Source: an uncultured Gemmatimonadales bacterium
GTDB lineage: Bacteria; Gemmatimonadota; Gemmatimonadetes; Longimicrobiales; Gaopeijiaceae
Assembly (NCBI GenBank): GCA_963809895.1
Contig: CAWELD010000003.1
Location: forward strand, 160,001 to 224,000
Direction: 5' to 3'
DNA: 64,000 nt
The position numbers and the translations under genes are program-made. Numbering within the stretch: the first letter of the stretch is position 1; every line of letters begins with the position of its first letter. The notes beneath the pieces were generated by a model, which was not told the origin of the DNA, made no database searches, and was given only the letters and a program-made list of their open reading frames with translations. Below, in pieces: positions 1-11,212 of the stretch.

Positions 1-2
1 TG

Positions 3-599
3 GATATCGAAGATCTGTGGATCCCGTTCTTCTGTTGCTCGGCGAACCTGACGCGCTCGGAGCTGGTGGTGCACCGCTACGGCCGCCTCGCGTTCGGCGC
101 CCGCGCCACGGCCTCGATCCCGGGCGCCGCGCCGCCGGTCGTCACCGACGACGGAGAGCTGCTGGTGGACGGCGGCGTGCTCAGCAACCTGCCGGCCGAC
201 CTCATGCTCGAGCAGGGCGGGGGCCCGGTCATCGCCGTGGACGTGTCCCAGCAGCAGGACCTGTCGCTGGAGGCGTGGGACGGCGAGCTGCCGTCGCCCT
301 GGCGCGCCCTGGCGCGGCACCTGTGGCCGTTCTCCCGCAGTCGCCCCTACCCGAACATCCTCCACATCCTCATGCGCACCACCACCCTGAGCAGCCTGCG
401 GGTCGAGCAGCAGGTGCGCGAGCAGGTGGATCTCTACCTCCAGCCCCCGGTAGTCGCGTTCGACCTGTTCGGCTGGAATCAGATCGAGGCCATCGCCGAG
501 GTGGGATACCGTTACGCGCTGGAACGGCTCCAGGGCTCGAGCCTCCTCACTGCGGCCGCGCCTTCGCCCATCGAGGGGCCCGTCGCCGCCGGATCCTGA
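3..599 (+). CDS. Patatin-like phospholipase (NTE/RssA family), C-terminal part; 5' end outside window
   Basis: Frame open from base 3: DIEDLWIPFFCCSANLT...ATASIPG..PPV...LLVDGGVLSNLP (patatin DGG motif, NTE-family IEDLWIPFF signature). Confidence 0.85.
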   Translation, partial: DIEDLWIPFFCCSANLTRSELVVHRYGRLAFGARATASIPGAAPPVVTDDGELLVDGGVLSNLPADLMLEQGGGPVIAVDVSQQQDLSLEAWDGELPSPWRALARHLWPFSRSRPYPNILHILMRTTTLSSLRVEQQVREQVDLYLQPPVVAFDLFGWNQIEAIAEVGYRYALERLQGSSLLTAAAPSPIEGPVAAGS

Positions 600-603
600 C
601 GCT

Positions 604-3229
604 TCACTCCCCCTCGGCCAGGATGGCTTCTCTCGGATCCAGGGCTGCCACCCGGCGCGCGGGCAGCCACGCCGAGGCCAGCGCCAGCAGCAAGGCTCCG
701 GCGGTCACGGCGGCGAGTGTGGCCGGGTCTCGCGCATCCACCTGGTAGAGGAGCTCGTCGAGGTAGCCCGTGAGGAGGACGGCCAGGACCAGTCCCACGG
801 CGGTCGCCCAGCGATGCGAGGCGCAGGCCGCGCCCCACCACCGAGCGCACGAGTCGGGGGCCGTCGGCACCCAGAGCCAGGCGGATCCCCATCTCGCGGC
901 GGCGCACGGCCACGCCCCGCGCCAACAGGCCGTACAGCCCCAGAGCCGCCAGGAGCATGGAGGCGCCGCCGAAGAGCGCGGACAGGCGCGCCACCGCCGC
1001 GCGGGCAGCCACATGGGAGGATACCGCCGTTCGGGTGGTGCGCAGCTCGAAGGGCGGCACGCCTGGATCGACCTCCGCCAGCGCGGCGCGCACGGCGGGG
1101 GCCAGGCGTGCGGCGTCGCCGCCGGTGCGGAGCGCGAATCCCAGGAACGGCGATGCCTGGAGGGGCGCCCACAGCGTCGGCGTGTCCTGTTCCGGTCCGC
1201 GCAGCTTCATCTCCTCGGTCACGCCCACCACGGGGATGGGCGACCCCCATCCCTGGTATCCCCGCACGGCGATCATGCGCCCCACCGCGGCCTCGGTTCC
1301 GAACAACGTGCGTGCGGCGGAGGCCGAGATGACGGCGCCCTGGTCGCCCGTCTCTTCGCCTGGACCGCGACCCTGGATTACGCGTGTGCCCATGGCGCGA
1401 AGCCATCCCTCGGTGGCTTCGATGCGGATGAGAGCCAGGCCCTCGCCCTCTGCGTCGTCGGCCGCCCGGACCCGGCGTCCGGCGGACATGCCGGCAGCCA
1501 GTGGTAGCCGCGTGGACGCGCCCACGGCGGTGACTCCGGGTACCGCACCCAGCCTCGCCAGGACCCGGTTCAGGTAGGCCTCGGTGGTCGACGGATCGGG
1601 GTACTTCGCGTCCGGAAGCTGGACCTGGAAGGTGAGCACGCCGCCGGTGTCGAAGCCCAGGGGGACGTCGCGGAGCTTCCCGAGGCTCCGGGACAGGAGC
1701 AGCGCGCCGGCGGACAGCGTCAGCGCCAACGCCATCTGGCCCAGCACGAGCACGTCCTGGCCGCGCACGGCCCCGGGGCCGCGTCCCTGGCCCCGGGTGC
1801 TCGCCACGGAGGATGCCCGGCGGGCGGCCAGCGCCGGAAGCGCGCCCACCAGGATCCCGGCGGCGAGGGTCACCAGGAAGGCTCCGGCCAGCGCGGGCCC
1901 GCCCACGGTGGCCGCGGCCAGCCCGGGCGTCTCGGCCGGCAGCAGGGTTCGCAGCCAGTGGACGCCCCCGGCGGCGAGCAGCACGCCGAGGCCGCCCCCG
2001 CCGGCGGCCAGCAGCAGCGACTCCACCAGGAGCTGACGCAGGAGCTGCCCGCCGCTGGCGCCCAACGCCGCCCGCGTGCCGAGCTCCCGCTTCCGGTCCA
2101 CGACCCGGGCCAGGCCCATCCCGGCCAGGTTGAGGCACCCCAGCAGGAGGATCATGGCGCTGGCGCCCAGGAGCACCAGGAGGGGTGTGCGCACCCCACT
2201 GGAGAGCTCGCGCCGTAGCGGCGTCACCACCGTGGCGGGTGGCGGCCCGTACTCGGCGCCCACATCGGCGTACTGGGCCGCGGTGCGTTCGTCCAGATAG
2301 GTCCGCACGGGTGCGGCCGTCGCGCCCTGGCGGAGGCGCGCGACGACCGACGGACCGAAGGCGTTGCCGTAGAGCTCGGGCAGTTCCGGAAGGGGCAGCC
2401 AGGCTTCCGTGGCGTCGGGGAAGCCCACCTCCGGAGGCGCCACGCCGGCCACGCGGAAGTCCCGGCCGTTCAGACGGAGGCTCCGGCCGACGATGTCGGG
2501 ATCCCCGCCGGCGATCCGGAGCCACAGACCGTGGGACAGCACGATGGCGTCGGCCTGGTCGCTCTCGTCGGGCAGCCCGGCGCCCAGCGCCATGGACACG
2601 CCCAGGACCCGGAAGAAGTCCCCTGACACCTGCGCCACGCGGATGCGCGTCGCATCGACTCCGTCGGGCGTGAGATTCGCACCGCCGTCGGGCAGGTAGA
2701 GCGCGGCGGCCTCCACCTGTGGTACCTCGGCGAGCTCCGGATCCAGGGTGACACCGCGAGAGCTGAAGTAGGCCGGAGCCGGTGACAGGGCCAGCACGCG
2801 CTCCGGATGGGAGTAGGGCAGACTCCTCACCAGCACGGCCCAGGTCACCGAGCCGATGGCCACCACCGCGGCCAGTGTGAGAGCCATGGTGCCGACCACC
2901 ACTGCCCCGTGCAGCGGATGGCGGCGGACGTGTCGCAGGGCGAACCGTGCGTCGGCCACGAGCGATCCCATCGTCCACCCCTCCCGTTTCGAGTAGGTAC
3001 TGCCTTCTCGTCGCCCCGCACCGGGTCTCCAGGCCCGAGGCAGCGTCGCCAACGCGTCCAGCAGGACGCGCCGGCGGATGCGCGCGCGCTCCCTGTCGTC
3101 GTCGACGGACGCCAGCTCCTCACGTAGCGTCTCGGCGATACGCGCGGCGTGGCGGCGTCGGAAATCCCCCGGATAGAGCCGCAGGACCAGACGGAGCAGA
3201 CGGCCGCCATCCTCGACCCGACGGCTCAC
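604..3229 (-). CDS. ABC-type permease, ADOP/MacB-FtsX duplicated orphan permease; apparent +1 frameshift near 807
   Basis: ORF 512..3640 gives D.RFALR, VSGDFFRVLGV, LLLGCLNLA, RRREMGIRLALGA; the typical C-terminus (LYQVDARDP...WLPARRVAALDPREAI) is in the 604..1014 frame. GTG at 3229 overlaps the padR stop (GTGA). Confidence 0.85.
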
Positions 3230-3564
3230 GCACCCTCCGGCTTCATGCCCAGCCTCCGGGCCTCGTCCACCAGGGCCGACATCTGTGCCATCTCCTCCTG
3301 CAGCCGCGCCCGCCCCGGCCCGGTGAGACGGAAGTAGCGCCGCTGCTCCTCGTGCGGCTCCCCTTCGTCGGGTTCGTCGGTCTCCTCCACCAGGCCGTGG
3401 TCCTCGAGACGCCCCAACGCGTAGTACAGGGAGCTCGGCCCCAGGCGGAGCGCTCCCTCGGTGCGGGTCTCGATGGCCTGGAGCAACCCGTAGCCGTGAC
3501 TGGGAGCCGAGGCCAGCGTGAGGAGAATGTGGAGCTGGGACCGGGTGAGTCGAGGTTCGGCCAT
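3226..3564 (-). CDS. PadR-family transcriptional regulator
   Basis: ILLTLASAPSHGYGL...GPSSLYYALGRLEDHGLV...RRYFRLTGPGR. Confidence 0.92.
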   Translation of the reverse strand: MAEPRLTRSQLHILLTLASAPSHGYGLLQAIETRTEGALRLGPSSLYYALGRLEDHGLVEETDEPDEGEPHEEQRRYFRLTGPGRARLQEEMAQMSALVDEARRLGMKPEGA

Positions 3565-3614
3565 GGTCCCGTCCGTGGGCTGCGCATGGTTCGGCGCGTG
3601 GAGCGTCCAGGATT

Positions 3615-3639
3615 TGATATAACAAATATTGGAATATCA
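3615..3639. promoter_or_regulatory. AT-rich imperfect inverted repeat upstream of first padR, putative PadR operator
   Basis: TGATATAACAAATATTGGAATATCA in a high-GC context; shares TGGAATA half-site with the element upstream of the second padR. Confidence 0.5.
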
Positions 3640-3671
3640 TCGCAAGGGGCCAGGGCGACCCATCCGTCGCC

Positions 3672-6419
3672 TCACACCTCGCCGGCCACCGCCTCGGCCG
3701 GATCGATGGCCACGGCGCGGCGGGCGGGCAGGAGCGCCGCCACCAGGGCGGTGGTGCTGAGCACCGCGATGGCCGCCGCGAACGACGTCGGATCCAGGGG
3801 GGTCACGCCGAAGAGGTACTCGCCCACGTAGCGGGTGAGGACCATGGCCAGCCCCGCACCCACGGCGACCCCTCCGACTACCGCCAGGGCCGCGCGCGCC
3901 ACCACGGCAGCGGCGACCCGGGCCGGACCTGCGCCCAGCGCCATGCGGATTCCGATTTCCCGTGTGCGGCGGCGCACGCCGAAGGTCACCATGGCGAAGA
4001 CGCCCACGGCGCACACCACCAGCGTGACGAGGCCGAGGAGGCCCAGGAGCAGCGCCCCGAACCGCTGTGGCATGAGCACGCGGTCCATCTGGTCCGCCAC
4101 CAGCCTGGCGTCCTGGAGCGGCAGTCCGGGATCGAACTCCCGGAGCCGGTCCCGCAGCACGTTCAGCGCATCGCGGGCGTCGCCGGTGGCGCGGGCGACC
4201 AGGCTGACACGACTGGCGGCCAGCTGCGGGCTCTGGGTCAAGGACAGGTAGATGTAGGGAACGGCCTCGTCGGTCACACCGTGGACCTTGTGGTCCCGGA
4301 CGATCCCCACGACCTCGACGGGATCGAGGCCTCGCATCAGCACCAGGCGTCGTCCCAGCGCCCTACGGTCCGGCCAGAGGCGGTGGGCGGCGGCCTCGTT
4401 GATCACCGCGACCTCGGGTGCGTCGCGTGTGTCGGCGGGCCCGAACGTACGTCCTTCCAGGAACGGCACGCCCAGGGTTTCGAAGTACCGGGAGCTGACC
4501 ACGTTGATGGCGGTGGCCTGGCCGGCTTCGTCGTCCGGGGCGTCCTCGGCCAGCGGTCGCAGGCGGATGGCGGCGGGCGACAGGGGCACCTGCACGGCGA
4601 AGGCCGCCGAGGCCACGGCCGGCGAAGCCTCTACGCTCGCCAGGACGCGGCTCACCGCGTCGGGGACCTCGTCGTCCTGGTAGCCCTGACCACGGAACCC
4701 CATGGCCACGGCGGCCAGCCCCTCGGGCTCGAAGCCCAGGTCCGTATTGAGCGCCGACTCGAGGGTGCGCACGAAGAGGAGCGCTCCCACCACCAGGACC
4801 AGCGAGAGCCCGATCTGCCCGCCCACGAGGATGGACAACCCGCGGGCTCCGCCCGACGAGGTGCGTCCGCCACGGCGCAAGCGTTCTCCGACGTCCCGGC
4901 GGCTCTGGACCAGCGCCGGGATCAGCCCGAAGGCCACCGCGGACAGCGTGCTGAGCCCCAGGGCGACGCCCACCAGACGTCCGTCGAGGGAGAGGTCGAC
5001 GCGACTGAGGGGGATGCCCCCGGGGAGCGCGAAGCGCTGGAGGATGCGGGTCGCCAGTACCGCGAGACCGAGCCCCGCGGCGCCGCCGGCCGCCGCCAGC
5101 ACCAGGCTTTCGGAGAGGAGGTGACGGACCAGTCGGCCCCGGCGGGCGCCCAGAGCCTGGCGCACCCCCAGCTCCCGACTGCGGGTCCAGGCCCGGGCCG
5201 AGATCAGGTTGGCCGCGTTGAGACACGCCACCGCCAGCGTCATGAGGACCACGACGCCCAGGAGCCCGACGAAGCGGAGCAAGCCGTCGCGGCCGTCCAG
5301 GGCTGCCGCGGCGGCCAGGGGGCGCAGGTGCACGATCTCCGCCAGGTCGGGCAGCCCGCTGTCGTCACCCAGCTCCGCCACCAGCCCGTGCGCGGTCCGG
5401 TCGAGCACCCTCTCGGCAGAGGCCGGCTCGAGGTCGTCCGGCAGACGCGCCACCATGGAGATCCACGGAAAGGCCCGGGTCTCGAAGAGCCGCGGCACCG
5501 CGTAGAGCCCCTCGGCTGCCGCCTCCTGGATGCGAACCAGCGGCAGCCACAGCTCCGGGGACTCCTCCAGCGTCACCCCCCGGAAGCCCCGCGGTGCCAC
5601 CCCCACGACCTCGAAGGGCGTCCCGCTCACCGAGATCGTGCGCCCCACGACGCCCGGGTCTCCGCCGAAGACCCGCTGCCAGAGCGCGAAGCCCAGCACC
5701 GCGACCCGCGGCGCGTCCGGCGAGTCGTCGGCGGGCTGGAGCGTGCGACCCACGGCGGCGGACAGTCGCAGGACCTGGAAATAGTCGCCCGTGACCAGGC
5801 CCGCCGAGACGCGGTCGCTCACGTCGCCGGTCCGCAATCCCACGTCCAGCGCCACGAAGCCCGCCGGGCCTTCGAGGCCCGAGCCCGCAGTGCGATAGTC
5901 CTCGAGCGTCGGGTAGGCCGTGCCCTGGTCGGGTGACGCTTCGCTGGCGGCCTGAAAGACCCGCACGACCCGGGCCGCATCGGGCACGGGGATGGGATGG
6001 AGCAGCACGCCGTCCACCAGCGACACCACCGCCAGCGTGGCCCCGAGACCCACCGTCAGCGTGAGGATCACCGCTCCGGAGATGGCCGGACTCCGCCGGA
6101 TGGAGCGGGCGGCGTAGATCAGGTCCCTCACAACTCCCTCCATCATCGTCCCTCCCTCCCGTCTGATTCCCGTCGATGCCGATGCCACCCCGCGGTGCAT
6201 CGGGGTCCGGTCCCACCAGGCCGACGCCACGGCGGCGGCCGCCGCTCCGAGCTCCCGGGTCCAGAAGACCAGGGCCCGGCCTCTGGAAACGCGGCCCAGG
6301 GCGGCTCGCCTCCGTCGCGCGAGCTCGACGATCTCGGACCGGAATTCCCGTCGCGCCTCGCGAGGCAGCAGCGCCAGGAGCCAGCGCAGCCAGCGGAGCG
6401 GTCTCCCTTCAGCCGCCAT
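3672..6419 (-). CDS. ABC-type permease, ADOP/MacB-FtsX duplicated orphan permease
   Basis: RDLIYAARSIRRSP, VTGDYFQVL, ACLNAANL, RSRELGVRQALGA, RRTREIGIRMALGA, LPARRAVAIDP; ATG at 6419 overlaps the padR 3' end. Confidence 0.92.
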   Translation of the reverse strand: MAAEGRPLRWLRWLLALLPREARREFRSEIVELARRRRAALGRVSRGRALVFWTRELGAAAAAVASAWWDRTPMHRGVASASTGIRREGGTMMEGVVRDLIYAARSIRRSPAISGAVILTLTVGLGATLAVVSLVDGVLLHPIPVPDAARVVRVFQAASEASPDQGTAYPTLEDYRTAGSGLEGPAGFVALDVGLRTGDVSDRVSAGLVTGDYFQVLRLSAAVGRTLQPADDSPDAPRVAVLGFALWQRVFGGDPGVVGRTISVSGTPFEVVGVAPRGFRGVTLEESPELWLPLVRIQEAAAEGLYAVPRLFETRAFPWISMVARLPDDLEPASAERVLDRTAHGLVAELGDDSGLPDLAEIVHLRPLAAAAALDGRDGLLRFVGLLGVVVLMTLAVACLNAANLISARAWTRSRELGVRQALGARRGRLVRHLLSESLVLAAAGGAAGLGLAVLATRILQRFALPGGIPLSRVDLSLDGRLVGVALGLSTLSAVAFGLIPALVQSRRDVGERLRRGGRTSSGGARGLSILVGGQIGLSLVLVVGALLFVRTLESALNTDLGFEPEGLAAVAMGFRGQGYQDDEVPDAVSRVLASVEASPAVASAAFAVQVPLSPAAIRLRPLAEDAPDDEAGQATAINVVSSRYFETLGVPFLEGRTFGPADTRDAPEVAVINEAAAHRLWPDRRALGRRLVLMRGLDPVEVVGIVRDHKVHGVTDEAVPYIYLSLTQSPQLAASRVSLVARATGDARDALNVLRDRLREFDPGLPLQDARLVADQMDRVLMPQRFGALLLGLLGLVTLVVCAVGVFAMVTFGVRRRTREIGIRMALGAGPARVAAAVVARAALAVVGGVAVGAGLAMVLTRYVGEYLFGVTPLDPTSFAAAIAVLSTTALVAALLPARRAVAIDPAEAVAGEV

Positions 6420-6768
6420 GAGCCGGCGCCTCACCCCCCAGCACGTCGCGGCGCCGCGCCTCGGCCACGAGTCCGGCCAGTCGTTCGCTCTCCAGGTGGA
6501 GCACCTCACGTCCCAGGGCGGTGAGGGCGTAGCTGCGCCCGCGGCGTCCCTCGCCGGCGTCGGCGGCCGGCTCCAGAAGGCCGTCTCGCTTCAGGCGTCG
6601 GATCGCGGTGTAGAGCGTTCCCGATTCCGGCTCCAGGCGGCCCTCCGTGCGGGCGGCGATGGTCTGGAGGATCGCGTAGCCGTGCAGCGGGTCACCGGTC
6701 AGCGCCAACAGGATCTGATAGGAGAGATCGGTGAGGGGCAGGAGGTGCCAGGGCGGGGTCGGCGGCAT
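6409..6768 (-). CDS. PadR-family transcriptional regulator
   Basis: QILLALTGDPLHGYAI...SGTLYTAIRRLKRDGLL...RSYALTALGR; start taken at ATG 6768. Confidence 0.92.
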   Translation of the reverse strand: MPPTPPWHLLPLTDLSYQILLALTGDPLHGYAILQTIAARTEGRLEPESGTLYTAIRRLKRDGLLEPAADAGEGRRGRSYALTALGREVLHLESERLAGLVAEARRRDVLGGEAPAHGG

Positions 6769-6812
6769 GGGATGGCCTCGCACGGGTCTGGAGTCGTGGC
6801 GGGGTATACTAG

Positions 6813-6845
6813 GTGGATAATCCACATATGGAATAGCCACATATT
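6813..6845. promoter_or_regulatory. Palindromic AT-rich element upstream of second padR, putative PadR operator
   Basis: GTGGATAATCCAC palindrome overlapping TAATCCA-CATA-TGGAATA; CCACATAT occurs twice. Confidence 0.5.
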
Positions 6846-6876
6846 AAGGCAAACCGCCGGGCGCGGCAAGGGACCG

Positions 6877-7668
6877 TCAGCCGCCCATGGGCAAGCGGCG
6901 CTGATCCTCGGGGGGATTGATCTCGGCCTGCTCGACCACCAATGAGGCCGTGTGCGTCCCGGACGCGAAGCTCTCCTCCAGGTACGGCACCAGGATCCCG
7001 TCCACCTCGCGGAAGTCTCCGTAGTCGGTGGCGAAGACCATGCTCATGCCGCCCGTGGACATCTCCGACTCGGTTCGGAGCACGTGGTGGCTGGCGCCCT
7101 CGATGAAGAAGCGCAGACGGAGGCCGTCCTTCAGGTCACCGGCGAGTACCGTGAGGTCGGGATCGCTCCGCTCCACCTCCAGGCGGTCCTCCATGGCGTC
7201 CAGGATCCAGGGGACCCAGGAGCGGGCCGCCTGGAGCTGCATGGCGGCGAGCATGGGGCCCGAGGCGGGGCTGAGCGACTGGGGCGTGGACCCGTTGTAG
7301 CCGTCGTCGCCGTCCACGATCCGGATCTCCACCCGCTGCGGGTAGTGGAGCAGGACCTTGAGGCTGTCGCCGCCCTCCACGATGCGGATGAAGCTGCCGT
7401 GGGCCTCGGCGGGATGGGTGACGATGGTGCCGTCCAGGCGGAGGGCTTCCACCCCGGCCAGGGCGTCGCGGCCGCCGTACGCGTCCATGACCTGGGCCAC
7501 GATGGCCGCAGCAGCGGCCGTGGCGGCGGTTCCACGGGCGTCGGCCGTTCCAGCAGCGTCGGCGGTGTCGGCATCGGCATCGCCCACCGGTGCGCACGCC
7601 GAGGGAACCAGCACGAGGACGGCCACGAGGAGGAAGGGCAGGGGAGTGGTCGCGGTCCGCACGGTCAT
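6877..7668 (-). CDS. Hypothetical lipoprotein, LolA-like/lipoprotein-sorting fold likely
   Basis: ATG overlaps the S10 stop (ATGA); hydrophobic signal ending PSAC; AYGGRDALAGVEALRLDG and TDYGDFREVDGILVPY motifs. Confidence 0.65.
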   Translation of the reverse strand: MTVRTATTPLPFLLVAVLVLVPSACAPVGDADADTADAAGTADARGTAATAAAAAIVAQVMDAYGGRDALAGVEALRLDGTIVTHPAEAHGSFIRIVEGGDSLKVLLHYPQRVEIRIVDGDDGYNGSTPQSLSPASGPMLAAMQLQAARSWVPWILDAMEDRLEVERSDPDLTVLAGDLKDGLRLRFFIEGASHHVLRTESEMSTGGMSMVFATDYGDFREVDGILVPYLEESFASGTHTASLVVEQAEINPPEDQRRLPMGG

Positions 7669-9189
7669 CCTCCCGCCACCGATGCGATGAAGTCGTGGAT
7701 GTCGCCCGCGAGCTTCTCGAAGGAGGGCCGGTGCAGGTACATCATGTGGCCCGCCTCGTAATAGGTGGTCTCCACGCGGCTCATGTCGATCCCGTAGCGT
7801 CCGAAGATGTACTCGCCGTCGAAGAACGGGGTGGCGTAGTCGTAGTAGCCCGAGGCCAGCAGGACCCGGAGCGCCGGGTTGTAGCTCTGGGCCCACGCCA
7901 GATCCGCGCTCGTGTCCACGTACGACGGCTCGCCGTACCCGTTGGACGAGCGCCCGGTCCCACACCCACCCTCGCCCGACATCCGGGCCCGACACGTAGT
8001 AGGGCCGGTCCAGCGTCACGCCCAGCTCGTTGGCGAGATAGCCGTGGAAGTCCGTGCTGAAGGCCGCCGATACCGCGGCGCTGGCGGCGTCGAAGGCGGG
8101 GCGCTCGGCCACGTCGTCGACCTCGTTCGCCTCGTAGCGGCCGTCGAGGCGTCCGAGTGCAACGCCCTGGTCCCGGAGCAGCTCCTTCAGGAAGCGGCCC
8201 GCCTGCACCCGCAGGTCCGAGCGCAGCACGTAGTCCACGTCGAGCCCGGTGAAGGCCGCGTACTGGCGCGCTACGGCCTGCCTGGTGGCGTCGTCCAGCC
8301 GGCTTCCCTGGAAGAGCGCGGGCAGGTAGGTGTGCACGGCGAAGTCGCGCACCTCGTCGAGAAACGACTCCAGGGTCCGGCCGCTGTGGTCGACCTTGCC
8401 GTGGTACCAGGCCGTGGCGGCCATGGTGGGCAGGTAGGTGACGAAGGCGGTGAGATTGTCCGCCACCGGCGTGCTCCCCTGGTAGTTCAGCGCCTGGGAG
8501 ATGAGGATCACGCCGCTCACCTGGATCGGCTCGGCGCCATCGAGCAGCTCCGGCAGCAGCGCCGCCGCGCGCGTGGTACCGAAGCTCTCGCCGGCCAGGA
8601 AGACGGGCGAGGTCCAGCGGTCGTTCTTGCGGAGCCACTCGCGGATGAGCGACGCCACGCTGCGGGCGTCCTCCCGCAGCCCGTAGACGTCGTCGGGCGT
8701 GCCGTCTCCCACCAGGCGGCTGAAGCCCGTGCCCGCGGGGTCGATGAAGACCAGGTCCGTCAGGTCCAGCGGGCTCCGGGTGTTGTCCTCCATGGGGTAG
8801 GGGGGATTCCCGGCGGGCTCCGCGTCGCTGGGGACCACCACGCGCCGGGGGCCGAAGAGCCCCAGGTGCAGCCAGATGGAGGCCGAGCCCGGGCCACCGT
8901 TGAAGACGAAGGTCACCGGGCGCGTGGCCGGGTCCGACACGTCCGTCTTCAGGTAGGCCGTGGTGAACAGGTCGGCATAGGGCTCGCCCGAGTCCCGCCG
9001 CAGCCGGATGTCGCTCACCACGGCCCGGTAGCCCACGCGCTCCCCGTTGAACGTACCCATGTGCTCGGTCTCGAAGCGCACCGTGTCGGGCACGGGCAGG
9101 GTGTCGCGAGGGGCGCCGGCGCGTGCGGCCGTCGGCAGGCAGAGGAGGGCCACCATGGGCAGCAGGGTGAGGCGAGCGGTGGGTCGCAT
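7665..9189 (-). CDS. Serine carboxypeptidase, family S10; apparent +1 frameshift near 7954
   Basis: FVFNGGPGSAS, FIDPAGTGFS, AGESFG nucleophile motif in the 9189 frame; ASGYYDYATPF and YEAGHMMY (catalytic His) in the 7665..7982 frame; signal peptide. Confidence 0.9.
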
Positions 9190-9387
9190 GGGCGTGGCGT
9201 GTCGGGGGCTCGTGATGGACGACTACACCTTACGGCGCACGGACCCTCGGGGCCACGGGAGGGGCGTGGGCGGGCCGGATTGCACGCGAGGATTGCCTAC
9301 AAGGTGACAAGCGACCGGCCCCACTATCCCCGGTCGCCACGCAGGTGGTGGTGACGGCCGCGACGAGTTGCCGGACAGCCACCGACC

Positions 9388-11196
9388 TCAGTACCCCACC
9401 GCCGCCCCGCCCCGCCGCAGGTCCGACTGACCCTGCAGCGTGCCGTCCGGCGCCACCAGGATCGCCTGCACGTCACCGGATACGCTGCTCCGCTCCACCA
9501 TGGTGTAGCCCATGGCCTGGAGCGCCTGCACGGTGGGGGCGGACAGCCCCCCGGGCTCGTAGAAGACCTGATCCGGCAGGTGCTGGTGGTGGACGCGGGG
9601 CGCCAGGACCGCCTGGCTCACGTTCATGCCCAGGTCGAGCACGTTGGAGATGGTCTGGAAGACGGTGGTGATGATGGTGGAACCGCCGGGGGTGCCGGTG
9701 ACCATCAGGAGGCTGCCGTCGGGATTCAGGACGATGGACGGCGTCATGGCCGAGAGCATGCGCTTGCCGGGCTCGATGGCGTTGTTCTCGCCCTGGACGA
9801 GCCCGTACTGGTTCGGTGTCCCCGGCTTGGCCGCGAAGTCGTCCATCTCGTTGTTCAGGACGAAGCCCGCGCCGGTGACCGTCACCTTGCTCCCGTACCA
9901 GGAGTTCAGGGTGGTGGTGACCGCCACCGCGTCGCCATGGGCGTCGACGATGCTGTAGTGCGTGGTGTTCTGGCCCTCGCTCGATCCCCCGGCGGCACCG
10001 GAGGCCTGGTCGGTTTCGGCGAGAAAGGCGGCCACCGCGGGCTCCACCTGCGACGACGGCGTGGCCACGTCCGGCTGGATCGTGGACGCACGAAAGCGCG
10101 CGTACGCCTCGCTGGTGAGTACGTCCAGCGGCATGTCCACGAAGGCCGGATCCGCCAGGTAGTAGTTGCGGTCGGCGTAGGCACGTCGCCACGCCTCCAC
10201 CAGAAGGTGGATGCGCTCGGGGCTGTCCAGCCCGTATGCGGACAGGTCGTAGCCCTCCAGGATGTTGGCGCCCTCGGCCATGGTCACGCCCCCGGACGAG
10301 GACGGCGGCATGGAGAGCACCGGATGCTCCCGGTAGGTGAAGCGCACGGGCTCGCGCCACTTCGCCTGATAGGACGTCAGATCCTGATGCGTGATGAGGC
10401 CGCCGCCTTTCTCCATCTCCGCCACCAGCAGGTCGGCGGTCTCGCCCCGGTAGAACCCGTCGGCGCCATGGTCTCGGATCCGCTCCAGGGTGTGGGCGAG
10501 CAGGGGTTGGCGAAGCGTGTCCCCGATCTCTGGCGGCTGGCCGTTCCGTGGCAGGAACTGGGCTGCCGAGGCGGGAAAGGCCGACAGCGCTTCGACCATG
10601 CCCGCGTCGAGCGACCGGAGGAAGCGATCGCCGACCTCGAATCCCGTGGCCAGATCGATGGCGGGCTGGACGAGCCGCTCCCAGGGTAGGGTGCCGAAGC
10701 GGCGATGGGCTTCCCACATCCCCATGACCGTGCCGGGCACACCCACGGCCAGCGGCCCCACCAGAGAGCGGTCGGTGAGGTTGCCCCGCTCGTCGAGGTA
10801 CATGTCCCGCGTGGCAGCCAACGGCGCCTTCTCGCGGTAGTCCAGCGCGGCGTCGGTTCCGTCGGCCATGTGCACCACCATGAACCCGCCTCCGCCGATG
10901 TTGCCGGCCTCGGGGTTCACGACCGCCAGGGCGAAGGACACGGCGATGGCGGCGTCCACCGCGTTGCCGCCGCCGCGCAGCACGTCCACGCCCACCCGCG
11001 AGGCGTACTCGTCGGTGGTCACCACCATTCCGCTGTGGGCGGTGACGGGCCGGGTGGAAGGGTCGAAGCGCCAGGTGGAGGGCCAGGGTCCTGCCGCACG
11101 GCCGCCCTCGCCGGGAGCGCAGGCGGACAGGTGGCCGATGGTGAGCGCCGCGGCCGCGGCGAGCCGGGCCGAGGCGGGAAAGCGACGATCCTGCAT
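9388..11196 (-). CDS. ggt: Gamma-glutamyltransferase
   Basis: GGNAVDAAIA, NIGGGGFM, DYREKAP, NTTHYSIVD (catalytic Thr), LNNEMDDF, PGKRMLSAMTP. Confidence 0.96.
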   Translation of the reverse strand: MQDRRFPASARLAAAAALTIGHLSACAPGEGGRAAGPWPSTWRFDPSTRPVTAHSGMVVTTDEYASRVGVDVLRGGGNAVDAAIAVSFALAVVNPEAGNIGGGGFMVVHMADGTDAALDYREKAPLAATRDMYLDERGNLTDRSLVGPLAVGVPGTVMGMWEAHRRFGTLPWERLVQPAIDLATGFEVGDRFLRSLDAGMVEALSAFPASAAQFLPRNGQPPEIGDTLRQPLLAHTLERIRDHGADGFYRGETADLLVAEMEKGGGLITHQDLTSYQAKWREPVRFTYREHPVLSMPPSSSGGVTMAEGANILEGYDLSAYGLDSPERIHLLVEAWRRAYADRNYYLADPAFVDMPLDVLTSEAYARFRASTIQPDVATPSSQVEPAVAAFLAETDQASGAAGGSSEGQNTTHYSIVDAHGDAVAVTTTLNSWYGSKVTVTGAGFVLNNEMDDFAAKPGTPNQYGLVQGENNAIEPGKRMLSAMTPSIVLNPDGSLLMVTGTPGGSTIITTVFQTISNVLDLGMNVSQAVLAPRVHHQHLPDQVFYEPGGLSAPTVQALQAMGYTMVERSSVSGDVQAILVAPDGTLQGQSDLRRGGAAVGY

Positions 11197-11212
11197 GGCA
11201 TTCCTCGAGTGG

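Noticed and set aside
6877..9189. 770-aa S10 peptidase-lipoprotein fusion in the ORF track
   Set aside because: Artefact of the frameshift; the true S10 C-terminus ends at 7665 and the lipoprotein has its own start and signal peptide
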